Shown here one piece after another: positions 37,426 to 46,305 of a DNA stretch of 64,000 nucleotides. The stretch comes from Eubacteriales bacterium. Lineage in GTDB: Bacteria; Bacillota; Clostridia; Oscillospirales; JAAYOS01. The first letter of the stretch is position 1. Every line of letters begins with the position of its first letter. The position numbers were made by a program, and so were the translations under genes. The stretch spans positions 63,023-127,022 of the forward strand of contig JBMNIG010000029.1 in the NCBI GenBank assembly GCA_050950785.1, written 5' to 3'. Under the pieces are notes generated by a model. That model was not told where the DNA came from, did not search any database, and saw nothing but the letters and a program-made list of their open reading frames with translations.

Positions 37426-40233
37426 ATGGCACTTGACTATAATAAAACATTAAATTTGCCAAAAACAGATTTCCCTATGCGTGCCGGGTTGCCAAACCGT
37501 GAGCCGGGTTTTTTAAAGCAGTGGGAAGATGACAAGGTATTTGAGGAGTTATTAAAAAAGAATAAAGGGAAACCCAAATATGTCCTTCACGATGGCCCTC
37601 CCTTTTCAAACGGGAACATTCACATGGGGACAGCCCTCAACAAGGTTTTGAAGGACTTCATTAACCGTTACAAAGCTATGTGTGGTTATTACACCCCTTA
37701 TAAGCCGGGCTGGGATAACCACGGAATGCCCATTGAAAGTGCAATAATAAAAAAGAGCAAGCTTGATCGCAAAAAGATGACGATCCCCGAATTTCGCAAT
37801 AAATGCAGGGAGTTTGCCGAGTCTTTTGTAGATATTCAGAGAGAACAGTTTATACGACTTGGAGTGATGGGGGATTGGGAGAACCCATATCTCACCATGG
37901 ATCCGAAGTTCGAAGAGGAAGAGGTAAAGGTCTTTGGGGAGATGTATCAGAAGGGATATATCTACAAAGGTCTTAAACCCGTTTATTGGTGTCCTCATGA
38001 CGAGACAGCACTGGCTGAGGCCGAAATAGAGTATTTTGACGATCCGGTAGAATCTATTTATGTCAAATTTAGGGTGACAGACGATTTGGGTAAATTTTCA
38101 GGAGTCTGTGATATTGATAAGCTCTATTTTGTCATATGGACTACAACTACCTGGTCACTTCCCGGTAACCTCGCAATTGCGCTTAATCCTTCTGAGGAGT
38201 ATGCACTTGCACGTGTTCCTTCAGGAGAGACATATATAATGGCGAAGGCCTTGATCGATAAAGTAATGAACTTTGCAGGCCATACAGACTATGAGATCAT
38301 TCATGAATTTGAAGGTGTGCAGGTCGAAGGAATGAAGGCAAGGCACCCGTTCCTTGACAGAGAGAGTCTGCTAGTCTTAGCCGACTATGTTACTATGGAC
38401 TCAGGAACAGGGTGTGTCCACACTGCACCTGCTCATGGTCTTGAGGACTATGAGTCGGGTAGAAAGTACAATTTGCCCGATATAACACCTATCGACGACA
38501 GAGGATATATGACATCCGAAGCAGGTAGCTTTGAAGGTCTCTATTATGAAAAAGCAGCAGACGCTATTCTAGAACACCTAAAAGAGACCGGGGCACTGTT
38601 TGCAAGCGAACAGCTGATCCACTCTTATCCTCACTGCTGGCGCTGCAAAGATCCTGTTATCTACCGTGCCACATCACAGTGGTTTTGTTCAGTAGAGGCC
38701 TTTAAGGATGAGGCTGAAAAGGCCTGCAGACAGGTGAAATGGATCCCCGCTTGGGGTGAGGAACGGATCGTAAGCATGATCCGCGACAGGGCCGACTGGT
38801 GTATTTCCCGGCAACGTCATTGGGGTCTACCGATCCCTGTGTTCTATTGTGAAGACTGTGAAAAACCTGTTTGCACTCCGGAAACTATTGATGCGGTTTC
38901 CAAACTGTTTGGCCAATTTGGATCGAACGTTTGGTATGAAAGGGAAGCTAAGGACATCCTGCCTGAGGGCTTTGTATGTCCTCACTGCGGTGGAAAGACC
39001 TTTACAAAGGAAACCGATACCCTTGACGGTTGGTTTGATTCCGGTTCATCGCATTTTGCTTCACTTGACAAGCAGGAAGACGCTACTTGGCCAGCTGACC
39101 TATATCTTGAAGGATCAGATCAGTACCGCGGATGGTTCCAGTCATCCATGCTTACTGCAGTGGCAACAAAGGGAACAGCTCCTTATAAAGCAGTTCTGAC
39201 TCACGGCTGGGTTGTAGACGGTGAAGGTAAGGCAATGCACAAATCACTTGGAAACACCATCGCCCCTGAAGATATCATCAAGGTATATGGTGCCGATCTA
39301 CTGCGTCTTTGGGTAGCATCAAGTGACTACAGGGCTGATGTACGCGTTTCTGATGCGATCTTCAAACAGCTGTCTCAAGCCTATCTGAAAATAAGAAACA
39401 CAGCGCGTTATATCCTTGGAAACCTAAACGGCTTTGATCCAAACGATCTCGTCCCGTACAACGAACTGGAAGAACTGGACCGTTGGGCTTTGATGAAGCT
39501 GGACCAGCTTACAGAGCGTGTATTAAGGGCATATGATGATTTTGAATATCATATCATCTCCCACTCGATCCATAATTTCTGCGTTGTTGATATGTCAAAC
39601 TTCTACCTGGATGTGATCAAGGACAGACTTTATTGCGAAGGCAGTGACAGTCTCTCTTATCGCAGTGCCCAAACAACTATGTATATCATTCTTGATGCAA
39701 TGGTTCGTATGCTGGCACCGATCCTTGCTTTCACCTCGGACGAGATATGGCAAGCCATGCCACACGCAGATGGCGACGATCCTCGTCATGTGGTGTTCAA
39801 CTCTATGGCGGTTACCCATCCTGAATACCGTTTTGATGCTGAAATGACCGAAAAGTGGGATAAGATAGTCCTGCTGAGGGATGGAGTAAACCTGGCGCTT
39901 GAACAGGCACGTGCCGAGAAGAAAATCGGCAAATCCCTGGAAGCCAAGGTGACATTGAACTGCAGTGAAGATACACTCGAATTTGCAAAATCACTTGAGA
40001 AATTCCTTCCCACGTTGTTTATTGTATCGCAGGTATACGTAGACAGCGGTACTGTAGGTGAACCCTGTGAGGGAATTGAAGGTGTTCGAATAGTCGTTGA
40101 CAGTGCCGACGGAGAAAAGTGCCCGCGTTGTTGGAGCTTTTCCCTGGATGTTGGCAAGGATGACGATCATCCAACGCTCTGCGCTCGCTGTGCGAATGTA
40201 GTTAAAACTTTTTATCACGATCACGAGATGTAA
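37426..40233 (+). CDS. ileS: isoleucine--tRNA ligase (type 1, C-terminal zinc-finger)
   Basis: PPFSNGNIHMGTALNK (HIGH region), KMHKSLGN (KMSKS), and C-terminal CPRCW...CARC. Confidence 0.95.
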   Translation: MALDYNKTLNLPKTDFPMRAGLPNREPGFLKQWEDDKVFEELLKKNKGKPKYVLHDGPPFSNGNIHMGTALNKVLKDFINRYKAMCGYYTPYKPGWDNHGMPIESAIIKKSKLDRKKMTIPEFRNKCREFAESFVDIQREQFIRLGVMGDWENPYLTMDPKFEEEEVKVFGEMYQKGYIYKGLKPVYWCPHDETALAEAEIEYFDDPVESIYVKFRVTDDLGKFSGVCDIDKLYFVIWTTTTWSLPGNLAIALNPSEEYALARVPSGETYIMAKALIDKVMNFAGHTDYEIIHEFEGVQVEGMKARHPFLDRESLLVLADYVTMDSGTGCVHTAPAHGLEDYESGRKYNLPDITPIDDRGYMTSEAGSFEGLYYEKAADAILEHLKETGALFASEQLIHSYPHCWRCKDPVIYRATSQWFCSVEAFKDEAEKACRQVKWIPAWGEERIVSMIRDRADWCISRQRHWGLPIPVFYCEDCEKPVCTPETIDAVSKLFGQFGSNVWYEREAKDILPEGFVCPHCGGKTFTKETDTLDGWFDSGSSHFASLDKQEDATWPADLYLEGSDQYRGWFQSSMLTAVATKGTAPYKAVLTHGWVVDGEGKAMHKSLGNTIAPEDIIKVYGADLLRLWVASSDYRADVRVSDAIFKQLSQAYLKIRNTARYILGNLNGFDPNDLVPYNELEELDRWALMKLDQLTERVLRAYDDFEYHIISHSIHNFCVVDMSNFYLDVIKDRLYCEGSDSLSYRSAQTTMYIILDAMVRMLAPILAFTSDEIWQAMPHADGDDPRHVVFNSMAVTHPEYRFDAEMTEKWDKIVLLRDGVNLALEQARAEKKIGKSLEAKVTLNCSEDTLEFAKSLEKFLPTLFIVSQVYVDSGTVGEPCEGIEGVRIVVDSADGEKCPRCWSFSLDVGKDDDHPTLCARCANVVKTFYHDHEM

Positions 40234-40250
40234 CCTGTTTTGTTAGACCG

Positions 40251-40290
40251 GGTGGGACGGGGGCGTAGTCCCTGTCCCGCCTTATAAATT
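40251..40290 (+). terminator. rho-independent terminator of ileS
   Basis: GC-rich stem GGTGGGACGGGGG / (T)CCCTGTCCCGCC with G-U pairs and a 5-nt loop, then TTATAAATTT. Confidence 0.6.
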
Positions 40291-40333
40291 TACGAAAAAA
40301 TCCGGTGCTGTAACCGGATCTGGAGGTAGCTGA

Positions 40334-40882
40334 ATGCTTTACCTGTTGTTGGCTGTCATTATAGCGGTTACCGATCAGTTGGTAAAAAACTGGGCAGTAC
40401 TTAATCTCAGGGGCAGAGGAACTGTAGAGTTTGTCCCCGGCATTCTGAACTTTTATTATGCCGAAAACACCGGTGCCGCTTTCAGTATACTTCGCAACCA
40501 GCGTTGGCTTTTTATAAGTGTGTCGATTATAGCAGTTATAGTTATTATTTACATTATTCTATTCAAAAAGATACGGTCGGTGTGGGGACTGCTCCCGCTT
40601 TCAATGGTGCTTGGAGGTGCTGTTGGAAATTTGATCGACCGCATTGCCAACGGTTATGTAGTGGACATGTTTGAATTTGCCTTTGTCCGATTTGCCATTT
40701 TTAATGTTGCCGATATATTTGTTACCGTTGGTGGTATCCTGTTTTGTATATACTATCTGTACGCAGAAACTGTGAAACTAAAAAAATCCGAAGCTTTTGC
40801 AGCGGCTGAGAACTCTCAGGATGAAGACAGTAGCGGTGAAGTGGCTGGACAGCCTTACACGGAGGGCGAAGAAAATAAGTAA
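40334..40882 (+). CDS. lspA: lipoprotein signal peptidase II
   Basis: NTGAAFS, GGAVGNLIDR and FNVADIFVTVG motifs. It has an acidic C-terminal tail. Confidence 0.9.
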   Translation: MLYLLLAVIIAVTDQLVKNWAVLNLRGRGTVEFVPGILNFYYAENTGAAFSILRNQRWLFISVSIIAVIVIIYIILFKKIRSVWGLLPLSMVLGGAVGNLIDRIANGYVVDMFEFAFVRFAIFNVADIFVTVGGILFCIYYLYAETVKLKKSEAFAAAENSQDEDSSGEVAGQPYTEGEENK

Positions 40883-41834
40883 ACTGAAGGGACAGGACAC
40901 AGAAAAAAAAGTAATTGTAGTCAAAGAGGATCAGACGGGTGAGCGTCTGGATACCATTTTGGCATCTTTATTAGAGATGAGTCGCAGCTCGATCCAGAAG
41001 CTTATTGAAGACGGCTCTGTGACATTGGGCGGCAAAAGTATCAAGAAAAATCACAAGGCATCAGCAGGTGAAGTCTTTGAGATAAAGATACCCGAGCCTG
41101 TCGATGAAAAGCTTTATCCGGTGAAAATGGCACTCGACATTGTCTATGAGGACGAAGCCATAATTGCTGTGAACAAACCTAAGGGGATGGTTGTTCACCC
41201 CGCACCGGGCCACACTGATGATACACTTGTCAATGCATTGCTTGCGCACTGCGGAGAAAGCCTGTCAACGATAAATGGAGAGTTCCGCCCGGGAATCGTT
41301 CACCGGATCGACAAGGACACCTCCGGAATTCTATTGGTGGCAAAAAACGACAGTGCACACCTCTGCTTGTCAAGACAAATCAAATCCCGTTCAGCAGTTC
41401 GAGTTTATGAAGCAGTAGTGAGGGGAAACTTCATAGAGGACAGTGGACGCGTTGAAGCTCCTATCGGACGACATCCTGTTTACAGAAAAAAGATGGCGGT
41501 CACCGACAAAAATTCTCGATATGCAGCAACAGACTGGGAAGTGATTACGAGATACCCCGGAAACTCAGACATACCGACATACACCCATATTCGATGTATC
41601 CTAGATACCGGGCGCACCCATCAGATTCGCGTTCATATGGCACATATCGGACATCCTGTTGCCGGTGATTCTTTATATGGTGGGAAAAGAAGCGAGTTTG
41701 GACTTCAAGGACAGTGCCTGCATGCGAAGAGTATTGAATTTGACCACCCGGTAACCGGTGAAAGAATGCTACTCGAGACAGATTTACCTGAAGACTTTAA
41801 AAGAGTATTGACAATACTACAGAGAAGGGTGTAA
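40797..41834 (+). CDS. rluD: 23S rRNA pseudouridine synthase, RluD subfamily (start codon uncertain)
   Basis: S4 domain (GERLDTILA...), catalytic HRIDKDTSG, and GRTHQIRVH. The only ATG upstream of the S4 domain is 40797, 86 nt inside lspA. There is no ATG/GTG/TTG between the lspA stop and the S4 domain. Confidence 0.85.
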   Translation: MQRLRTLRMKTVAVKWLDSLTRRAKKISKLKGQDTEKKVIVVKEDQTGERLDTILASLLEMSRSSIQKLIEDGSVTLGGKSIKKNHKASAGEVFEIKIPEPVDEKLYPVKMALDIVYEDEAIIAVNKPKGMVVHPAPGHTDDTLVNALLAHCGESLSTINGEFRPGIVHRIDKDTSGILLVAKNDSAHLCLSRQIKSRSAVRVYEAVVRGNFIEDSGRVEAPIGRHPVYRKKMAVTDKNSRYAATDWEVITRYPGNSDIPTYTHIRCILDTGRTHQIRVHMAHIGHPVAGDSLYGGKRSEFGLQGQCLHAKSIEFDHPVTGERMLLETDLPEDFKRVLTILQRRV

Positions 41835-41849
41835 ACTATAAAAAAAGAT

Positions 41850-41945
41850 GTAGGGGGGCTGGCGGCAAGCCGGCTGAGAGGAAACCTGACTGCGGTTTCG
41901 ACCCGGGAACCTGATCCGGATAATGCCGGCGTAGGGAAACATAAA
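41850..41945 (+). promoter_or_regulatory. TPP (THI-box) riboswitch aptamer
   Basis: GGGGGGCTGGCGGCAAGCCGGCTGAGAGGAAACCTGACTGCGGTTTCGACCCGGGAACCTGATCCGGATAATGCCGGCGTAGGGAAAC contains the invariant CUGAGA and ACCUGAUCYGGAUAAUGCCRGCG...GGGA elements. Confidence 0.9.
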
Positions 41946-41962
41946 TAATTGTTGAAGCTACG

Positions 41963-42002
41963 CCGCATTTTATACTATATCAGGTATAAGATGCGGTTTT
42001 CT
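41963..42002 (+). terminator. riboswitch expression-platform terminator
   Basis: 13-bp stem CCGCATTTTATAC / GTATAAGATGCGG with loop tatatcag, followed by TTTTCT. Confidence 0.75.
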
Positions 42003-42138
42003 ATATAGGTTTCGAACACATCTTTTTTGAAATTCAAATATGGGCAGGTTCTGGCTCTATTACTGCATTTAGAGAGATATCGATCTTTAGGCGGGATAAG
42101 TCGATACAAGTCTGCTCAAGAATACAAAGGAGATTGTT

Positions 42139-42669
42139 ATGACAAAGAAATTCACAAAGACGCGTATAGTTACTGAAAGTGCTATACTTATTGCGATGGC
42201 GTTTGTTCTGAGCTTGTTTAAGTTGTGGCGTATGCCAATGGGTGGCAGTGTAACTGTTGTTTCTATGCTTCCAATATTGCTGATTGGATATCGGCACGGA
42301 CTTGGATGGGGATTGATATCGGGACTTGTTTATTCGCTACTGCAATTTGTTGAGTCGCCCTATTTTCTGACACCGGTGCAGCTTTTACTTGATTACGTGC
42401 TGGCCTTTACGGTCTTGGGTGTTACAGGCTTTTTCAGAGACAAGAAATACGGTTTTCAAATTGGTACTATCTTAGGGATATTCGGAAGATTTATATGTCT
42501 AGTACTTTCGGGAGTTATCTTCTACGGCATGTATGCTGCTGATGCAGGTTTTGAGTCACCCCTTGTCTACTCAATAGTTTACAACGGTTCATACCTACTT
42601 CCCGAACTTATCCTTACCCTAATAGTCGGAACGATCGTGGTAGGAGTTCTCAAAAAAATGCGACTGTAA
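42139..42669 (+). CDS. thiT: ECF-type thiamine transporter S-component ThiT
   Basis: 176-aa protein with six TM helices. KTRIVTESAILIAMAFVLS...MPMGGSVTVVSMLPILLIGYRHGLGWG is ThiT-like. It lies downstream of the TPP riboswitch. Confidence 0.85.
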   Translation: MTKKFTKTRIVTESAILIAMAFVLSLFKLWRMPMGGSVTVVSMLPILLIGYRHGLGWGLISGLVYSLLQFVESPYFLTPVQLLLDYVLAFTVLGVTGFFRDKKYGFQIGTILGIFGRFICLVLSGVIFYGMYAADAGFESPLVYSIVYNGSYLLPELILTLIVGTIVVGVLKKMRL

Positions 42670-42772
42670 TTTTGCGACCGTAATTTATTGGTCTGTGAGG
42701 CTCCTTGGTTCAGTACACACACATACATCAATAAATTTTGAGTAACCTCATAAATAATTCATAACATATAAG

Positions 42773-42817
42773 AAAGACACGTACTGGAGATTCACTTCAG
42801 TGCGTGTCTTTTTTTGG
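42773..42817 (+). terminator. rho-independent terminator after thiT
   Basis: 12-bp stem AAAGACACGTAC / GTGCGTGTCTTT, then a T7 tail. Confidence 0.85.
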
Positions 42818-43001
42818 ATCATTGTCAATTGTGGTGCTAAAAGTCAACTGTTGGGGTAGTCAATTCTATACCACCAATTTGGAACCCAAGAATTTTTTAT
42901 TGTTCGATTATACAAATGAACTCTATATTAAGCAGAGCTATAGGACTCTTAATTAGGATTAATCAAAATTAGGATCAGTTTGCATTGTAAGTGTGGGTTT
43001 A

Positions 43002-46000
43002 TTACCGGCTAAAGTGATGTACCACAGCCCTGGCAATCGACTGGGCAAGTTCCGTTTGCATTTGATCGTTGCTTAGCCATTCATATTCGGTGGGACTGCA
43101 AATAAATCCGGTTTCGAGTATAACTGAAGGCGCCCAAAATCCTCTGCATACGTACAGGCTTGCCTGATTTGCCTTTCGGTAAAAGCGCCCAAGATCGGAT
43201 GAGATATAGTTGACTAGATCTGATGCGACATCATGGGAGATGCCTCGCATATACCAGGTACTTATGCCTACGATCGAGGTGGCGTCAACATCAACTTCAA
43301 CAGCATTGTTGTGTATCGACAGAAAGAGATCGGGTTTAGCCTTTCTGGACATACTAAGGCGTTCATCCAATGTTACAGTTTCATCGTCTGTACGTGTCAT
43401 CAAGACTTCTGCACCCAACAGTTCCAATTCGTACTTCACTTTTTTTGTTGTGTAGAGGGCGATGTCCTTTTCGGCAAGGTCGAGTCCTAAAGGACCGAGG
43501 GCTCCGGCATCAGCCTTGCCATGTCCGGCGTCTAGCATAACCACGATGCCCTTTAGTGGTTTGTCGATCAAACCGGACACTGTAGGACGTCTTTTGAGAT
43601 ACAATGACAGCGTGCCGGATGCCTTAAGCGGGTCTTTCGAATCATCGACAGAGTACTCTGTATCGATATAATAGCCGTCAAGATCAACATTTTTGTCCAG
43701 CGTCAGCCGGTAAACAGCACTGCCGTCTTCAAGGTTGGATGAATAGGCAGAAACAAGACCACCTGAGATCAGTTTGATCGGATGTAGTTTGTCAACATTG
43801 CTGATAGTGAGTGAGAGTGTGGAATTATCGAGAGATACCTTGGCGGCAGGCATACCGTTGATTGTAAACCGAATACGATCCCATTTGTCGCCAACCTCGT
43901 ACTCCGATGCAATGATTTCAGCGGTGAAGGAAATGTCGTCTTCAAAGCGTTCTACATCGAAACTTTGGACCCATCCGCCCATTCTGAGGCGCACCCAAGT
44001 TCCTGAGGTGGTAACTGCGGTAACGTAATCTACCATTCCAGCTTTCAATTCACCTATCGGTCCGCCGGAAGTGGAACTTTTAGCGTAAAGAAAGGCATTG
44101 TCATTTATAACCTTTGCGTAATACGGGGCACCCGGAGTTACACAGCGCAGTGCTGCGGTTGCAGTCTTTGTAACAGTGGTTCCCTTATATGTCATTTTAT
44201 ACACAGGGGTACCAATTACAAGTATCTTTCCTGTTTTATCGGTTTTTGGCATTGTGTAGGTATAAGAATATCTTGTGTAATAGACAGCATCATCCCCGGG
44301 ACTTTTTGTTGTAGCAGGGTGGAGTTTGTAGGTATTGCCTGCGATGGTAACATTTACTGTAGCTCCTATAGGTGCGGTGCATCGAAATGTTATTTTTTCG
44401 CCGGGCATTATATAGACGTCGCTGTTGTGTGGATAAGTTGAGCCATCGATTATCTCAGCGACATCTTTCTTTACAGGGTCTGCCACCGGTTGAGAGACAG
44501 ACCTGTGAATTTTTCGGATGAGAGTGGTTTCACCCTGCACAAATTCAAGAATATTCTCGCCCTCATCCAGCTGTACTAAAACGCCGAAATAACCGCCATC
44601 AGTCACATTGTCAACCACTTCGCCATTAAGGTAAAGAGTCTGATCGGGGTCACAGGTGCCAATGACATACATCTTACTAAATGTCGTTGTGATATCCTTT
44701 GCAGGTCGCCCAAGTGTTAGGCTGTTTTCATGATCCGGACCCTCCATGACCGGATAGTCCACGCTTTCGGCGGGGCCATAGTGATGATGGATTATATAAT
44801 TTGCCAAAGGGGGATAGGTAATGAAAAAAGCATACCTGAAGTGAACAGAGCCGGCGACCTCGGGATGGGAAGCATTAAGTTCAAGTTGTCGGCGGATCTC
44901 AGCCGTTCCATACCAAGGGCTGTCCGGATTTTCATTTCCACTGCGGTAGGATGCATGACCGATGTATAGGTCCACATCAGTGTTGCGTACAACATCTATC
45001 CACCAATTTAGCAGTATCTCGTAGTCTGCAATGTTGTAACCGATGTTCCAATAGATTTGCGGACAGATATAGTCGAGCCAGCCATTGAGCACCCACTTTC
45101 TTGTGTCAGCATAATGGCTGTAGTAGGATTGATTGCCGTTTGTGTCGCTTCCAAGTTTATTTGAGGATTTATTTGCCCAGATGCCAAAGGGGGATATACC
45201 GAAGCTGACATCAGGGTCTATGGCTTTAATAGCTGAGTATGCCTCTTCAACAAGCTTGTCGATGTTATTTCTTCGCCAGTCGTCCCGGTTGGAAAATCCG
45301 TCTCCATATTTGAGATATGTCTCTTCATCACCAAAGTTGCTGTCAGGGTAGAAGTAGTCATCAAAGTGGATTCCGTCCACATCATAATTTTCAACTATTT
45401 CAACGATTCCGTCGACTATTAGGGATCTTACAGCGGGGATACCAGGGTTAAAGTACATATGTCCATCAGTATGCATCACAACCCATTCAGGATGCTTATA
45501 TGCATAGTTTTCAGGAGACAGTGTTTCAAGGTCGTGAGTTAGGCGTGCTACACGGTAGGGGTTTAGCCATGCGTGAAGCTCCAGCCCTCTGTCATGAGCC
45601 TGCTCAACCCAGAACTCTAACGGGTCAAAATCCTCCTCAGGTGCAAGCCCTTGCTTACCGGTAAGGTATGCCGACCAGGGGAATAAATCCGACTTATAGA
45701 ATGCATCTCCAGACGGGCGCACCTGTAAAAAGACGGCGTTAAAGCCCATCTTTGCGCAGTTGTCCAGTATTTCAACTGCCTCAGCTTTCAGTTCTGATAC
45801 TGAAAGTCCCGGCTTCGAAGGGTAATCCAGGTTGATGACCGTAGATACCCAAATGCCGCGAAAAGCTTCGTCTTCAATTTCCCCTTCGCCTTCAACTTCA
45901 AGTCCGGTGTCAGGTGTAGGAGTTGTTTCGTTATATTGAGGCTCATCGGAGGGCGGGATTTCTTCCGCTCCGGAGTATATATGTCCAAATGTGCTTATTA

Positions 46001-46076
46001 TCTGGCTGCATCCGGATAGGATTATAGTAGCGGCAAGGATAAGCGGCGCTATGAACCGGAGCTTTTTTGATGTCAT
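43002..46076 (-). CDS. 1024-aa lipoprotein fusing a GHL10 (DUF187, YngK-like TIM-barrel) domain, a beta-rich middle region and a C-terminal N-acetylmuramoyl-L-alanine amidase (Amidase_3)
   Basis: Lipobox ILSGC. FRGIWVSTVINLDYPSKPG...AVFLQVRPSGDAFY...LHAWLNPYR is GHL10-like. The C-terminal VVMLDAGHGKADAGALGP...DLFLSIHNNA...ILETGFICSPTE is Amidase_3-like. RBS ggaggtg is present. Confidence 0.8.
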   Translation of the reverse strand: MTSKKLRFIAPLILAATIILSGCSQIISTFGHIYSGAEEIPPSDEPQYNETTPTPDTGLEVEGEGEIEDEAFRGIWVSTVINLDYPSKPGLSVSELKAEAVEILDNCAKMGFNAVFLQVRPSGDAFYKSDLFPWSAYLTGKQGLAPEEDFDPLEFWVEQAHDRGLELHAWLNPYRVARLTHDLETLSPENYAYKHPEWVVMHTDGHMYFNPGIPAVRSLIVDGIVEIVENYDVDGIHFDDYFYPDSNFGDEETYLKYGDGFSNRDDWRRNNIDKLVEEAYSAIKAIDPDVSFGISPFGIWANKSSNKLGSDTNGNQSYYSHYADTRKWVLNGWLDYICPQIYWNIGYNIADYEILLNWWIDVVRNTDVDLYIGHASYRSGNENPDSPWYGTAEIRRQLELNASHPEVAGSVHFRYAFFITYPPLANYIIHHHYGPAESVDYPVMEGPDHENSLTLGRPAKDITTTFSKMYVIGTCDPDQTLYLNGEVVDNVTDGGYFGVLVQLDEGENILEFVQGETTLIRKIHRSVSQPVADPVKKDVAEIIDGSTYPHNSDVYIMPGEKITFRCTAPIGATVNVTIAGNTYKLHPATTKSPGDDAVYYTRYSYTYTMPKTDKTGKILVIGTPVYKMTYKGTTVTKTATAALRCVTPGAPYYAKVINDNAFLYAKSSTSGGPIGELKAGMVDYVTAVTTSGTWVRLRMGGWVQSFDVERFEDDISFTAEIIASEYEVGDKWDRIRFTINGMPAAKVSLDNSTLSLTISNVDKLHPIKLISGGLVSAYSSNLEDGSAVYRLTLDKNVDLDGYYIDTEYSVDDSKDPLKASGTLSLYLKRRPTVSGLIDKPLKGIVVMLDAGHGKADAGALGPLGLDLAEKDIALYTTKKVKYELELLGAEVLMTRTDDETVTLDERLSMSRKAKPDLFLSIHNNAVEVDVDATSIVGISTWYMRGISHDVASDLVNYISSDLGRFYRKANQASLYVCRGFWAPSVILETGFICSPTEYEWLSNDQMQTELAQSIARAVVHHFSR

Positions 46077-46168
46077 TACACACCTCCACGATACTCAGCT
46101 TTTATCACATCTATACGACTACAATTTCCTTATAAATCAAGACAATAAGTATCAAAAAAGTTTTTTTC

Positions 46169-46197
46169 ATCTTATCATAGAATTCGACGAAGTTCAA
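46169..46197 (-). promoter_or_regulatory. candidate promoter of the GHL10-amidase gene
   Basis: The minus strand reads TTGAAC (46197-46192), 17 bp, TAAGAT (46174-46169), about 90 nt upstream of ATG 46076. Confidence 0.3.
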
Positions 46198-46305
46198 CAG
46201 AGGATGTTCCCGGGCATATAGCTGTTTATAACAGCTTGTTTGATACTTATGTATTAAGGATATGCGTTTATCTACGTTTTCATGAAGGCATAGATCAAGC
46301 TCGAT

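Noticed and set aside
40251-40281. ileS terminator as a third member of the TGGACA.GGAACC repeat family.
   Set aside because: It shares only a GGGAC.GGGG / CCCTGTCCC hairpin core, without the AATGGACAAGGAACC or ACATTACAGTG parts. GC-rich terminator stems can converge by chance.
42835-42905. Three GTCAAYTG motifs and an imperfect inverted repeat (CAATTGTGGTG ... CACCAATTTGG) downstream of the thiT terminator.
   Set aside because: The motifs are short and degenerate, sit between two gene 3' ends, and have no gene to regulate. Probably chance.
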